The translations under genes and the position numbers were made by a program. A stretch of DNA of 64,000 nt, from positions 1 through 64,000 of the IMG/VR virus record IMGVR_UViG_3300030102_001905. One strand, 5' to 3'. This stretch comes from a virus. Positions 44,616-53,987 of the stretch are shown piece by piece (the first letter of the stretch is position 1; every line of letters begins with the position of its first letter). The notes beneath the pieces are model-generated. The model worked only from the letters and a program-made list of their open reading frames with translations. It did not search any database and had not been told where the DNA came from.

Positions 44616-46606
44616 TAAAATAATTTTAATTGATTACTACTAACTGCAAGAATATCATTTATCTCTTTTTCTATAGCAGATAAATAATAGGCTTTATTAA
44701 TGTCATATGTTTCCCATTTAGGAGCTATATCCATTTTATTATATACAGTTTGTAACCATTTACCAGATTCTAACTGTATCTCACGCCCATCATTCTTGTT
44801 TACTTTGATAATCTTTACACCTCCATTAGATATATAGTATCTATTTATCTTTTGTAGATGCTCTTCTGTGTAGTTACCTGATTCCACAAACCTAGCTACT
44901 TGTTGCCAATCACCCTTTGATTTACCACCTATACAATAATCAAGTATGTTTTTATTCTTATCCAGATAGTCTTCCGGTAGAATATTATTTACAAAATATT
45001 GATAGATAGCTTTTTTAATAACAAGCTTTGATTTGTTTTTGTGTAACTGAAGATTATGAAAATCAAAACGGCCCTTGAGTTTTACGGGTGCAAATGAAAA
45101 TTTATCATTGTCCACTTTATAAATATAATGTGGTTGTGATTGCTTTAATTCTCTCCACGTGGTTATATCAACATCTTTATAGTTATTCACACCAATATAG
45201 TTATTGACATCCGCAAGGACCAGTTTTTGATATTCATCATGTTCAAGCTGGAGATTAGTAATATCTTCCCACTCTTCACATATTTTCATATAATCATCAT
45301 AGTATTGTCTTGGTATCATTGTCTCAATACCATCTGTATTATGTAATAATGCTACAGCATCAGGTATCCTTTCCATGATTTGCTCATAGAGCATCATCAA
45401 AGTAAGTTGACCGTTTACTGTAATCTTCATACATAACTCTGGATCATAAAAGAAACTATTCTCATCATTACTAAGACCAAAGGTAGAATTGAGTATAATC
45501 TTGTATACATAATTCATTGGGTTGCTCTTAGGAATCTTCTTTCTTTCATTAAAGAACCATTCATACTGATCACAAAACTCCTCTTTAGGAAAGTGACCAG
45601 GTGAAAATTTATTTCTAATAGCTAGATTAGGATAGAAACTAGTGACATCTGATGATATAATAACCATATCATCATCACTTTCATACACACCTTTCTCTCT
45701 AGCACCATGAACACCGCCAAGGCCAAAGTCAGTTTTAACATTTTTATATGTTACACTGTATCTAAAACTGCCTTTTAATCTACTAGGATCTATCTCTAAT
45801 GAGTTAAATCTATCTAGTAGTGTTTGGAATTCTGGTGAAGTAAAATTTACATATGGTAGGATTATATCTTTCATAGCTATAGTATCCCTAAAAGTTCTCA
45901 TCTTTCTGATTTCACTTTTATGAATGTTAAGCTTTTTAGATAGATAGTATCCAAACAATTCTTTACTGATCCGTGGTTCTGAGGCACTAAATAAATTAAT
46001 GCCATATGCTTTAGTAAGTTCTTTTCTTAATTGTATCTGTGATTTAGATCTATTAAAGATTTCTTTTGTTGACTCAACGTCATTAACACAGTACTCTATA
46101 ATAGTATCTAACTCTTCTTGTTTAGTAATTTCTGTATCATGATGAATAGGCATATCTAAAATGTTTTGCCAGTCCATACTATACTGTATCCACTTAAGAC
46201 TAGAACGCTTAGCAGGATTATCCCAGTGGTGCATCTTGAATATATCAATCTGACCTATACTGAGTTTCCATAGTGGATAGTCTGACCATTCTTTATTATT
46301 TGCTTTATGTATACATTTCTGTGCATACCTGAAAATAGTTCTAGCAATCTGATCAGCTGAGTAATCCTCCCATTGAGAGTGATTTTCTATAATATATTGA
46401 GTGACCTGTGAATCAAAGGCCAATCCATTGTAAGAGATATGCCATTGTTTATCATTAACATTCTCTCTAAGAAATTCTATGAAGCTATCAAAATCATTTT
46501 GTAGCTCATGTACAACAAAAACTTTTTTCTCATTTGTCTTATAATGTACAAAGACGCCAACAAAACAATTGGATAGTGTTTCATAGTCCATTACCCAGTG
46601 TTTCAT
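44615..46606 (-). CDS. Family B DNA polymerase with 3'-5' exonuclease (663 aa)
   Basis: Exo I VMDYETLSN, Exo II SYNGLAFDSQ, Exo III YCVNDVEST. Pol motif A SSDVTSFYPNLA, motif B KIILNSTFGL, motif C LHNTDGIE. Confidence 0.85.
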   Translation of the reverse strand: MKHWVMDYETLSNCFVGVFVHYKTNEKKVFVVHELQNDFDSFIEFLRENVNDKQWHISYNGLAFDSQVTQYIIENHSQWEDYSADQIARTIFRYAQKCIHKANNKEWSDYPLWKLSIGQIDIFKMHHWDNPAKRSSLKWIQYSMDWQNILDMPIHHDTEITKQEELDTIIEYCVNDVESTKEIFNRSKSQIQLRKELTKAYGINLFSASEPRISKELFGYYLSKKLNIHKSEIRKMRTFRDTIAMKDIILPYVNFTSPEFQTLLDRFNSLEIDPSRLKGSFRYSVTYKNVKTDFGLGGVHGAREKGVYESDDDMVIISSDVTSFYPNLAIRNKFSPGHFPKEEFCDQYEWFFNERKKIPKSNPMNYVYKIILNSTFGLSNDENSFFYDPELCMKITVNGQLTLMMLYEQIMERIPDAVALLHNTDGIETMIPRQYYDDYMKICEEWEDITNLQLEHDEYQKLVLADVNNYIGVNNYKDVDITTWRELKQSQPHYIYKVDNDKFSFAPVKLKGRFDFHNLQLHKNKSKLVIKKAIYQYFVNNILPEDYLDKNKNILDYCIGGKSKGDWQQVARFVESGNYTEEHLQKINRYYISNGGVKIIKVNKNDGREIQLESGKWLQTVYNKMDIAPKWETYDINKAYYLSAIEKEINDILAVSSNQLKLF

Positions 46607-46627
46607 TCTTTTACATTTTTAATTTAC

Positions 46628-46659
46628 AAAAAAAAGGCACGCAGTGTGCATGCCTTTTT
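46628..46659 (-). terminator. Intrinsic terminator (bidirectional shape) between the 138-aa ORF and polB
   Basis: A8 (46628-46635), stem GGCACGCA-GTG-TGCATGCC (8 bp with 1 mismatch), then T5. On the minus strand the hairpin is followed by a U8 tract. Confidence 0.6.
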
Positions 46660-46698
46660 GACCAGTACCAATAAGGAGTTGGACGGATATAGGAAACC

Positions 46699-47115
46699 CT
46701 ATTGACCTGGCATGATTATAGGTGATGTTTTAGTTTCATCAACATCAACCACGTACTGTTTCCAATCAAACTGCTCTGCATTCACAGCAAACATATTTAT
46801 GAAAAGATCTATATCATCTTTATCAGCAATATAAAATTCTGAGAATGTTTCAACTTGAGCTCTTTGCTCTTTAACAGTCTTCCCGGTTTGTTTATTAGGA
46901 ACTTTTAGCCTCATAGGTTGTCCGTTGTCATCTAACCTGGGCATCATATGAAAAGATTTTTTCATAACTTTACTAATAACAGCTAGTATCCCTGATGATG
47001 GGTCATACATAGCTTCAACATAAGGTGAGTCTAAACTCACCGGTATAAGTGTAAAAGATTTAGCATTTCTGAAGCTAGAGTGAACTAGCAACATATTCTG
47101 TCCAATTTGTGCCAT
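46699..47115 (-). CDS. Hypothetical protein (138 aa)
   Basis: Track ORF with no motif. Followed by the terminator hairpin. Confidence 0.7.
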   Translation of the reverse strand: MAQIGQNMLLVHSSFRNAKSFTLIPVSLDSPYVEAMYDPSSGILAVISKVMKKSFHMMPRLDDNGQPMRLKVPNKQTGKTVKEQRAQVETFSEFYIADKDDIDLFINMFAVNAEQFDWKQYVVDVDETKTSPIIMPGQ

Positions 47116-47127
47116 ATAATTATTGAT

Positions 47128-47706
47128 TTATTTTTCCAAAGATATGGAATCATTTTTTAATAATTGATAAATTATAGAATTATTATCAACTAATGTTTCT
47201 TTAACTAGGTCAGGTGGACTACAAACTTCATATACTTCTTCAAGTAGTTCCTTTTTTACACCAAGAAAATCTGCATAGTTCTCATGCACATCTGGAGGAG
47301 AAAGAAAACCTTGTATATAGTCTGCAATCTTACCTTTGTCACCAAAGAAGTCTATTATGTGGATCTTACTATCTAAACTAAACTTTGAGTATCTGCCTTG
47401 TACAAATGCATTAAAATCATGTTTATATTGTGTAAAATCAAATATGACCAAGTGTCTACCGTCATCTAGCTCTACGGAGCCTTCATACAATGGATGTCTT
47501 TCTAAAGTTTTATGACTGAAAAGTTTAAACTTATTTACATTATTGTATTTATATTCACACAGAAATCTAGTACTTTCAAAAGTATACATATTCTCCCAAG
47601 CAACATAAGTTTCTTGAGGAACATAGGTTATGCCTTTCTGCAACCTTAATAAAGGATACAGAAAGACTTTACTCTTTTGAAAATAGTCTGTGTAAACACC
47701 CTTCAT
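47128..47706 (-). CDS. Hypothetical protein (192 aa)
   Basis: Track ORF, tightly packed, no motif. Confidence 0.7.
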   Translation of the reverse strand: MKGVYTDYFQKSKVFLYPLLRLQKGITYVPQETYVAWENMYTFESTRFLCEYKYNNVNKFKLFSHKTLERHPLYEGSVELDDGRHLVIFDFTQYKHDFNAFVQGRYSKFSLDSKIHIIDFFGDKGKIADYIQGFLSPPDVHENYADFLGVKKELLEEVYEVCSPPDLVKETLVDNNSIIYQLLKNDSISLEK

Positions 47707-47707
47707 A

Positions 47708-48694
47708 CTATAAGTTAATCTTATTTACCAAGAAATCATAGGGTAAAGAGTAGTTTTTCTCCTCAAAATGATACTTAGCAGTCTTTAAAGTGCCTCCTAA
47801 CCCCTCTGCCCAAGCAGCTAAGGTTGTTTGAGATACATCAAAGACATATACCTGTTTATACTGATCTATCACTATAAACTTAAATTCAATTGTATATTCA
47901 TCCGCATCATCCCCTAGAAAATCATACACTAGTTTACTATATATAGCAGCTTGTAACCAGTAATTATAAAAGTCAACTGTCTCAGTAAAATCTGCAATAG
48001 TTTTACTAGTTGTTTTTAAATCACATATAGTTGCTATTTTCTTGTCTGTATCTATCTTTAAGTAATCTACATAACCATGTAATCCAAAAGGGTAACCATC
48101 CATTTCAGAACGTAAATAATGTTCTTTATAAGTTGTAATAGGATCCAAATCAAAGTCCGTTGAGGTCTCTGCAAATATAGACATTACATCATCATTATTT
48201 TTTAGATATGTAATATCTTCTGAACATTTGTCATAAGTTGCACGATCTATTACATCTACATTATTATTAGATAAGAATGCCCAATAAGGTTCATTATCCT
48301 CAGTTCTGATTTTTGCTATTCTTTGTTCATCTGTCTTCAGAGATTGATATAAGTTTAGATCTTTTAAAGAATCTAAAATTATAAAGTCTTCACAGTCAAC
48401 TAAAGTTTTAGCATCAGTATGTAAAGACATATCTTTTAAGACTTTCCTTACATTATCACTTGGTGTCTTACCTGGTACCAGGTTAAACTTCTTATCAAAG
48501 TTCTCAGGCTCAAACAATAAACAGTGTATAAGCTTACCTTCAATAAGATGCTTATCTGTTCTTAGTTCTCTATCCTGTAAAATATAATCTTTGTAAAACA
48601 AAGAGGGTGAAAAAATTAATTTATTAAGAGAAGAGTAGCTGAAGTTAAACGCTTCAGCATAAAACTCTTCTTCTTTCTGATGATCTCTATTCAT
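47708..48694 (-). CDS. PD-(D/E)XK (RecB/Cas4-like) exonuclease (328 aa)
   Basis: HGYVDYLKID...KIATICDLKTTSK (D...D-x-K) and LQAAIYSKL (QxxxY). Confidence 0.7.
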   Translation of the reverse strand: MNRDHQKEEEFYAEAFNFSYSSLNKLIFSPSLFYKDYILQDRELRTDKHLIEGKLIHCLLFEPENFDKKFNLVPGKTPSDNVRKVLKDMSLHTDAKTLVDCEDFIILDSLKDLNLYQSLKTDEQRIAKIRTEDNEPYWAFLSNNNVDVIDRATYDKCSEDITYLKNNDDVMSIFAETSTDFDLDPITTYKEHYLRSEMDGYPFGLHGYVDYLKIDTDKKIATICDLKTTSKTIADFTETVDFYNYWLQAAIYSKLVYDFLGDDADEYTIEFKFIVIDQYKQVYVFDVSQTTLAAWAEGLGGTLKTAKYHFEEKNYSLPYDFLVNKINL

Positions 48695-49835
48695 CTATAA
48701 CTTGCTTTTCAAATTTTTCATTTAATTTTAAATCATCCAAATCTACTGCAAAGACCTGAGCAGATTTTCCAACATACTGACCTAAGAAATCTTTCATAAG
48801 CTTTTCTCTTGTCCTATCTACTGCAAATTTAGTTAATTTTCCGTCTTTTGCAAGCTTTTCTATGTATGCATTGTAAGACCAGATACCACTATTACTATGG
48901 CCACCTTCATAATCTTTCAATTGCTGACGCATAGCTTTAACATTTACACTATTCCAGTGATCAGTATCTTTAAACCAATCATAGTGCCACCAATAAATAC
49001 CAGAAACAACGTCAAATGATTTGTTAATATTACAATTAGCAATCATTTCTACCGCCATATTTCTGTTATCTCTGTCACTACTATTGATCATCTTTTCTAT
49101 TTGCTCATACTGAGTATTATCTATTACTGCCAGATCTTCATCAATAATATCAAGCAATTGCCCATCCATTATTAATTTTTTAGAGCCAACCATATCTTTA
49201 AATGAGTTTACCTCACTTGGATTAACAGAAAAAATTCTATTAGTTTCATATGGTTTTTTAGCAGCTGAAACTGGTTCTAATACATTATCACAAAACTTAT
49301 CATAGTCATCACTTTTACTACCATAATAATATCCCGGTCTATGGATTAAGAACATTGCATCTCTTTCAAGCTCTAATATATCTCTACACTTTAATAAAGC
49401 AGTTTCTCCTAATAAGTTATTCTCTTTCCATGTTTGAAATACTTTATAAAGATCTTTAAATGATATAGCAGTGTTCCAATTATTATGGAATAAACTTCCT
49501 AAAAATTTATGTGATATAACATGATAATCTGCTTTGTCTTTGTTTCTAACGACTTTCAAATTAAACTTATCCTTAAGTAGATCTACCTTTTGTCTAGGTA
49601 AATTTAATTTTGGATATCTATATAATGACTTATCTTGTAAATCAATAGTATCTTTATTAGCTACTATATCACAATACTTTAAGTCTTCAGCTGTTATATT
49701 CCAGCTATTTGTGTTTGCTATAAATATACCTCCGTCTATTAACTCAATGCCGGTGCTAATGACATAGTTGCCATTAGCATCCATAGCAATTGAATTTTCT
49801 TCAAGAGATATCTTAATTTCATAATACTTTTTCAT
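48687..49835 (-). CDS. Hypothetical protein (382 aa), paralogue of the adjacent 342-aa ORF
   Basis: It shares three collinear motifs with the neighbouring ORF: LP..(K/P)V....K...(V/I)(V/T).N....AD..(V/I)I(S/T)H; Q(I/V)..M.N...D.R..A; and KD..HW. Confidence 0.7.
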   Translation of the reverse strand: MKKYYEIKISLEENSIAMDANGNYVISTGIELIDGGIFIANTNSWNITAEDLKYCDIVANKDTIDLQDKSLYRYPKLNLPRQKVDLLKDKFNLKVVRNKDKADYHVISHKFLGSLFHNNWNTAISFKDLYKVFQTWKENNLLGETALLKCRDILELERDAMFLIHRPGYYYGSKSDDYDKFCDNVLEPVSAAKKPYETNRIFSVNPSEVNSFKDMVGSKKLIMDGQLLDIIDEDLAVIDNTQYEQIEKMINSSDRDNRNMAVEMIANCNINKSFDVVSGIYWWHYDWFKDTDHWNSVNVKAMRQQLKDYEGGHSNSGIWSYNAYIEKLAKDGKLTKFAVDRTREKLMKDFLGQYVGKSAQVFAVDLDDLKLNEKFEKQVIDE

Positions 49836-50860
49836 ATTAAATATTTTTGATATTCTTTTTTAACTGATACTTTGAATACATATAGTTCTCTATTATGGAT
49901 AGTTATATCTTTACGAACTATAGGTTCTAGATATTTGAAGCTTATCTTATTAAGATGACCTTCTTCTTCCATCCATTGTATCATAGATTCTGCATTCTGG
50001 TTATAATAAAACTCCCACCTGCTAGCTGTCATCCAGTGGTTGAGATCTTTATTATGGTGATTATAATGTATACTACCTAACTCTTGAGTCAACTTCCACA
50101 TCAAATGATGATTTGTTGTATAGTCAAGTGTAGTTAATAACTGCGTAGCAACTTCTCTATCATCTCCCCCTGCATTCCACATTCTAATAACCTGGTCAAC
50201 AACATCTTCATTTAGAGGCTGTCTTGTTGCAGATGTGTGTAGTACAGTTTCAATTGACACAGTGCTTTTATTACCAACATATATTTCATATGCTAGATTA
50301 AGTGCAAGACCTGTAATAGCCCAAGTATCATAGAGACTATCTTCAACATCTAAAGCATAATAACGCATGTTATTTGTGATCTTTGGAGTTATAATCACAT
50401 GACGCCCACAATTCTGAATCATTTGATTAAGACTTAAATTACTAGTAGGATCACCTGAAGTAGTTTCATAGTTCCAAAGTTTATACATCATTTTAGTTGT
50501 CTTAATTGTCTCACTATTTTCAAACTTGTCATCAAATTCATCATGAGTTATAATTAAGTCTGCCTGTGTATAATCATTAGTTACAGTAATCTTATGTTCT
50601 TTTAGTGCTGCCTTTATCTTATCATTAGATACCGGGCTACTAGGAAGAACAAAAGCTTTCTTCTTATTTATAAATGTTTGATCCGTTTCAGTTGGCTTTG
50701 CAATTATCTCACGGATATTACTATATGTTGTTTCATCTTGTGTAACTAATACATCTTCAACATTTGATCCAGCAATGACCCCATAAATAGGGTCACTTGC
50801 CAAATCAAAATAATCCAATGCATCAGTATCATATTTCTGAAATACTGATTTACTTGCCAT
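49832..50860 (-). CDS. Hypothetical protein (342 aa), paralogue of the adjacent 382-aa ORF
   Basis: See the previous entry. The segment KKAFVLPSSPVSNDKIKAALKEHKITVTNDYTQADLIITH is loosely BRCT-like in pattern. Confidence 0.7.
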   Translation of the reverse strand: MASKSVFQKYDTDALDYFDLASDPIYGVIAGSNVEDVLVTQDETTYSNIREIIAKPTETDQTFINKKKAFVLPSSPVSNDKIKAALKEHKITVTNDYTQADLIITHDEFDDKFENSETIKTTKMMYKLWNYETTSGDPTSNLSLNQMIQNCGRHVIITPKITNNMRYYALDVEDSLYDTWAITGLALNLAYEIYVGNKSTVSIETVLHTSATRQPLNEDVVDQVIRMWNAGGDDREVATQLLTTLDYTTNHHLMWKLTQELGSIHYNHHNKDLNHWMTASRWEFYYNQNAESMIQWMEEEGHLNKISFKYLEPIVRKDITIHNRELYVFKVSVKKEYQKYLI

Positions 50861-50861
50861 A

Positions 50862-52133
50862 TTACTTCATTGTCATTTGAATGATCTCAGGGATCATCAT
50901 TAGTTTATTAAACTTCTTTTTATTACCATTAAAGATTGTTCTGACAATTAAATACTTAAGATCATTAGTAAAATAATCTGCAGTACATAAAGTCTTCAAT
51001 CTATCAGTAATCTTCTGTGTTACTGTATTCTCTTTAGAGTATACCACAGCATAGTTACCAAGCCTTGTAGCTAGAGTAGAAGCAATATCTGCACGGTAAG
51101 TATCATCCTTACCAATACAACTTCTTAACTCATTAAGAATGTATTGCTCATTATCATGAGTCAATAAATCTACAGGTGTTACAAGCTTGTCTAACTTATT
51201 ATTAATAAAGGTGGTAAACATAGATGCAAAAGCATCACCAACACTACCTTCACCAATCATTTGGATCATAGGTAGACTGTCTTCAAACTTTTCAAAGCTA
51301 GAAATAGCATTAAAGAAAGTTGTGATGGATCTTGCATTTGTTTCTTGTGTCACAAGCTCTGGGTGTAGCAACAAGAAGTTAATACATCTTGTATCTATAC
51401 CTGCTCCTTCTGCCCATTGTGCCCAAACATTTACATCAAACTTAAGATTTGCTGTAATATATCTAGTCTTCTGTGCTGAGTCAACACTATTTACCATATA
51501 GTCTCCATTATCTGGATTTGCTGTGAGAATAATATGCCAGTCTTTTGGAAGAGTCCATGAGATATAAGTTTGTCTATCTATCAGTTCCATAACTGCTTGG
51601 ATAAATCTTGTATCTGCACGGTTCCAATCATCTAGTAATAGAATGCCTCCTTCTTTCTTATCAGCAATCCATTCTGGTGCACAATAAGACATTCTGTTCT
51701 TACCTGTCATTTTGTATCCATTCTTTAGATACTCTTGTACGGCAAGTTCATCTACCCACTGACCAACCTTTTTGGTTACTGTTGTGTTTAGATTAGCTAG
51801 ACTAGCACCAGCTGCTCTTTGAGTTGCTGTTACCATGGCTAAGTTATCAGGTGTGTTTTTTACAGTGACCTGCTTCTCTTTATACATTTGGAATTGACGA
51901 ACAGGAAAACCTACAAGATCACCTATCTCCTCAATCTGAGCAAGGTTAAGCTTTACAAAGTTTAAGTTATTATCCTTTGCTAGCTCAACAATTGTAGATG
52001 TTTTACCAATACCTGATTCACCTACAACTTCTACTGATACTGGGCCTTTACCCTGCTCTTGTAAAAATCTATTATTCTCAATAATGTGGTTAATAAAACC
52101 TTTTAGTTCCGTTACATTTAAATTTACTTGCAT
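50862..52133 (-). CDS. MoxR-like AAA+ ATPase (423 aa)
   Basis: Walker A VGESGIGKTS, Walker B GGILLLDDWNRAD, sensor-1-like IILTANPDNG. It sits immediately downstream of a vWA partner. Confidence 0.75.
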   Translation of the reverse strand: MQVNLNVTELKGFINHIIENNRFLQEQGKGPVSVEVVGESGIGKTSTIVELAKDNNLNFVKLNLAQIEEIGDLVGFPVRQFQMYKEKQVTVKNTPDNLAMVTATQRAAGASLANLNTTVTKKVGQWVDELAVQEYLKNGYKMTGKNRMSYCAPEWIADKKEGGILLLDDWNRADTRFIQAVMELIDRQTYISWTLPKDWHIILTANPDNGDYMVNSVDSAQKTRYITANLKFDVNVWAQWAEGAGIDTRCINFLLLHPELVTQETNARSITTFFNAISSFEKFEDSLPMIQMIGEGSVGDAFASMFTTFINNKLDKLVTPVDLLTHDNEQYILNELRSCIGKDDTYRADIASTLATRLGNYAVVYSKENTVTQKITDRLKTLCTADYFTNDLKYLIVRTIFNGNKKKFNKLMMIPEIIQMTMK

Positions 52134-52139
52134 TTTTAT

Positions 52140-53306
52140 TTAATTTAATTTTATTTTTAATCCTGGTAATTCATCATTTATACTAGAAACACTGCTATGT
52201 ACCCATAAGGTATTTTTTGGGCAGTCTTCTGGTGTATAAGCTTCACCATCTGTTAAGTATATAAGGGCAGTATATCTCCCCTTCTTTTCATTATAGTGAT
52301 CAATTACTGGTTGAAAACTAGTTCCACCACGACCATGTATCTCCCAATCTTTATTTGGATTAAACTCTTTAACACTTTTCAATTCAGTATCACACTGTGC
52401 TACTGTAATCTTATGTCCTGTTTTATGCATATGTGTAAGTTCACCAAAGAATTCCTTTAGCTCTTCACTATTTACAGATCCACTTGTGTCAACACCAACA
52501 AGGATGTGATTCTTAAATTTAATCTTAAGTCCTGGATTTGCTGAGTATCTTTTATTATACTTACGTCTCAGCTTTTTTGTATATACTACACTTGAGTTTC
52601 CTACAAATCTTCTTAAGTAACCTTTCCAATCAAACTTAGGTGGTTCTACATTTAAGAGTCTATTAATAAGCTCTGCTAGCTCACCAGGCACTGTACCATG
52701 TTTCTTCTGTGTTTGTTCAGCACTCTCTTTAATCTGATGTTCTATTTGCTTTTGTAATAGTTTCTTATCTGCTTCTGATAGATCTTCTATCTCATCCCAA
52801 CCTGGATGACAATAACAAGAGTTACCATCCATTTGACTCATCAAGTTATCTAAACTTGGACATGTACCATCTTCTCTAGCCTGTTGTAATAAATCATAAT
52901 ATGTTTTAGTACCGGCTCTCTCAGGAAGATTAAGTTCAGGAAAACTACCAAGCATCAGCCCGCCTTCAGGTAAATGATGATTTGCTATATACTGATTGAT
53001 CTCTAGATCTGCAGCTATATTAAATAACTTTTTATCACTATATAAATCTCTCATAATCATATGCCCGAAACTAATATGTAGTATTTCATGTTTTATAAGA
53101 CCATATCTATGATCTTCACTAAGCTCTGTAAAGAACTCAGGGTTTATAGATAATTGGACACCTATATTTCTTTTACTTACACCTGCAGTAGGTATAGTAG
53201 TAATGTACTCTTTATTAAGTCCAATCAAAAAGAGCCCGTAAAAGGGCTCAGAAAAAATTAATGTTTTAGTAGTTCTAGAAACTAACTCTTGAATATTATT
53301 TGTCAT
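52140..53306 (-). CDS. vWA-domain protein with an N-terminal HExxH metallopeptidase-like domain (DUF2201-like, 388 aa)
   Basis: KHEILHISFGH (HExxH). ILVGVDTSGSVNSEEL (MIDAS DxSxS). ALIYLTDGEAY. Confidence 0.7.
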   Translation of the reverse strand: MTNNIQELVSRTTKTLIFSEPFYGLFLIGLNKEYITTIPTAGVSKRNIGVQLSINPEFFTELSEDHRYGLIKHEILHISFGHMIMRDLYSDKKLFNIAADLEINQYIANHHLPEGGLMLGSFPELNLPERAGTKTYYDLLQQAREDGTCPSLDNLMSQMDGNSCYCHPGWDEIEDLSEADKKLLQKQIEHQIKESAEQTQKKHGTVPGELAELINRLLNVEPPKFDWKGYLRRFVGNSSVVYTKKLRRKYNKRYSANPGLKIKFKNHILVGVDTSGSVNSEELKEFFGELTHMHKTGHKITVAQCDTELKSVKEFNPNKDWEIHGRGGTSFQPVIDHYNEKKGRYTALIYLTDGEAYTPEDCPKNTLWVHSSVSSINDELPGLKIKLN

Positions 53307-53610
53307 ATCCCATATCTCTTAAAATTTTATAGTATACTTCTTCTGCTTCATATTCCTCCATATAAGCATGTATTTCCTTATTAGAGGGCAGATTAAATGT
53401 GAACTTTATTGCATCACAAAACTTTCTCCTGGGTTCAAAGACTAATGCTTTAGCCATTAATAGATCTACAATTTCTTTATCTGCAAATCCACTATTTTTA
53501 TATACTTCTACTGCTATAGCTTGGTCTTCTTCAATACCCATAAACATTTCTTTGAGTCTAAAAAACTCTTCAGCTGTAATTATTTTTCTTTTAAAATTCT
53601 TCTTTGTCAT
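53296..53610 (-). CDS. Hypothetical protein (104 aa)
   Basis: Track ORF. It overlaps both neighbours by a few codons. Confidence 0.65.
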   Translation of the reverse strand: MTKKNFKRKIITAEEFFRLKEMFMGIEEDQAIAVEVYKNSGFADKEIVDLLMAKALVFEPRRKFCDAIKFTFNLPSNKEIHAYMEEYEAEEVYYKILRDMGYDK

Positions 53611-53986
53611 TTTCTATTATTAATTCTATCCATACGCCTGGGTTCTTTTTATCATAAGAGTATTGTTCAAATGCTGGTATAATAAACTCAGCATTATCAT
53701 CTTCAATCCATCCATGCTTAACCATATCATCCTGTACTGTTTGTGCGGGATTAATATAATCAAACTTATGTCTTGTACCTCTTATAAACTCAAAACAAAT
53801 TTTTACTGGTAACTCTTGTTTTGCTACTTCACTTTTAAAATCATCTGCATATTTAGCATAATATTCTTTAGTAGCCTTTCTATAGTTAACTACAGCCTTG
53901 CTAGCAATAAAATATTTACCGGTCCATCTTCTACCATTCTTGCTACTAGGAACATTACCTGGTATGAACCATCTATGTTTATGCAT
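53591..53986 (-). CDS. RusA-like Holliday junction resolvase (131 aa)
   Basis: PGNVPSSKNGRR...ASKAVVNYRK and PVKICFEF...FDYINPAQTVQDDMVKHGWIEDDNAEFI parallel E. coli RusA PPSNNRYYR...SAEGQAYRD and PVKIRIEC...[27 protein letters not shown]. Confidence 0.55.
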   Translation of the reverse strand: MHKHRWFIPGNVPSSKNGRRWTGKYFIASKAVVNYRKATKEYYAKYADDFKSEVAKQELPVKICFEFIRGTRHKFDYINPAQTVQDDMVKHGWIEDDNAEFIIPAFEQYSYDKKNPGVWIELIIENDKEEF

Positions 53987-53987
53987 A

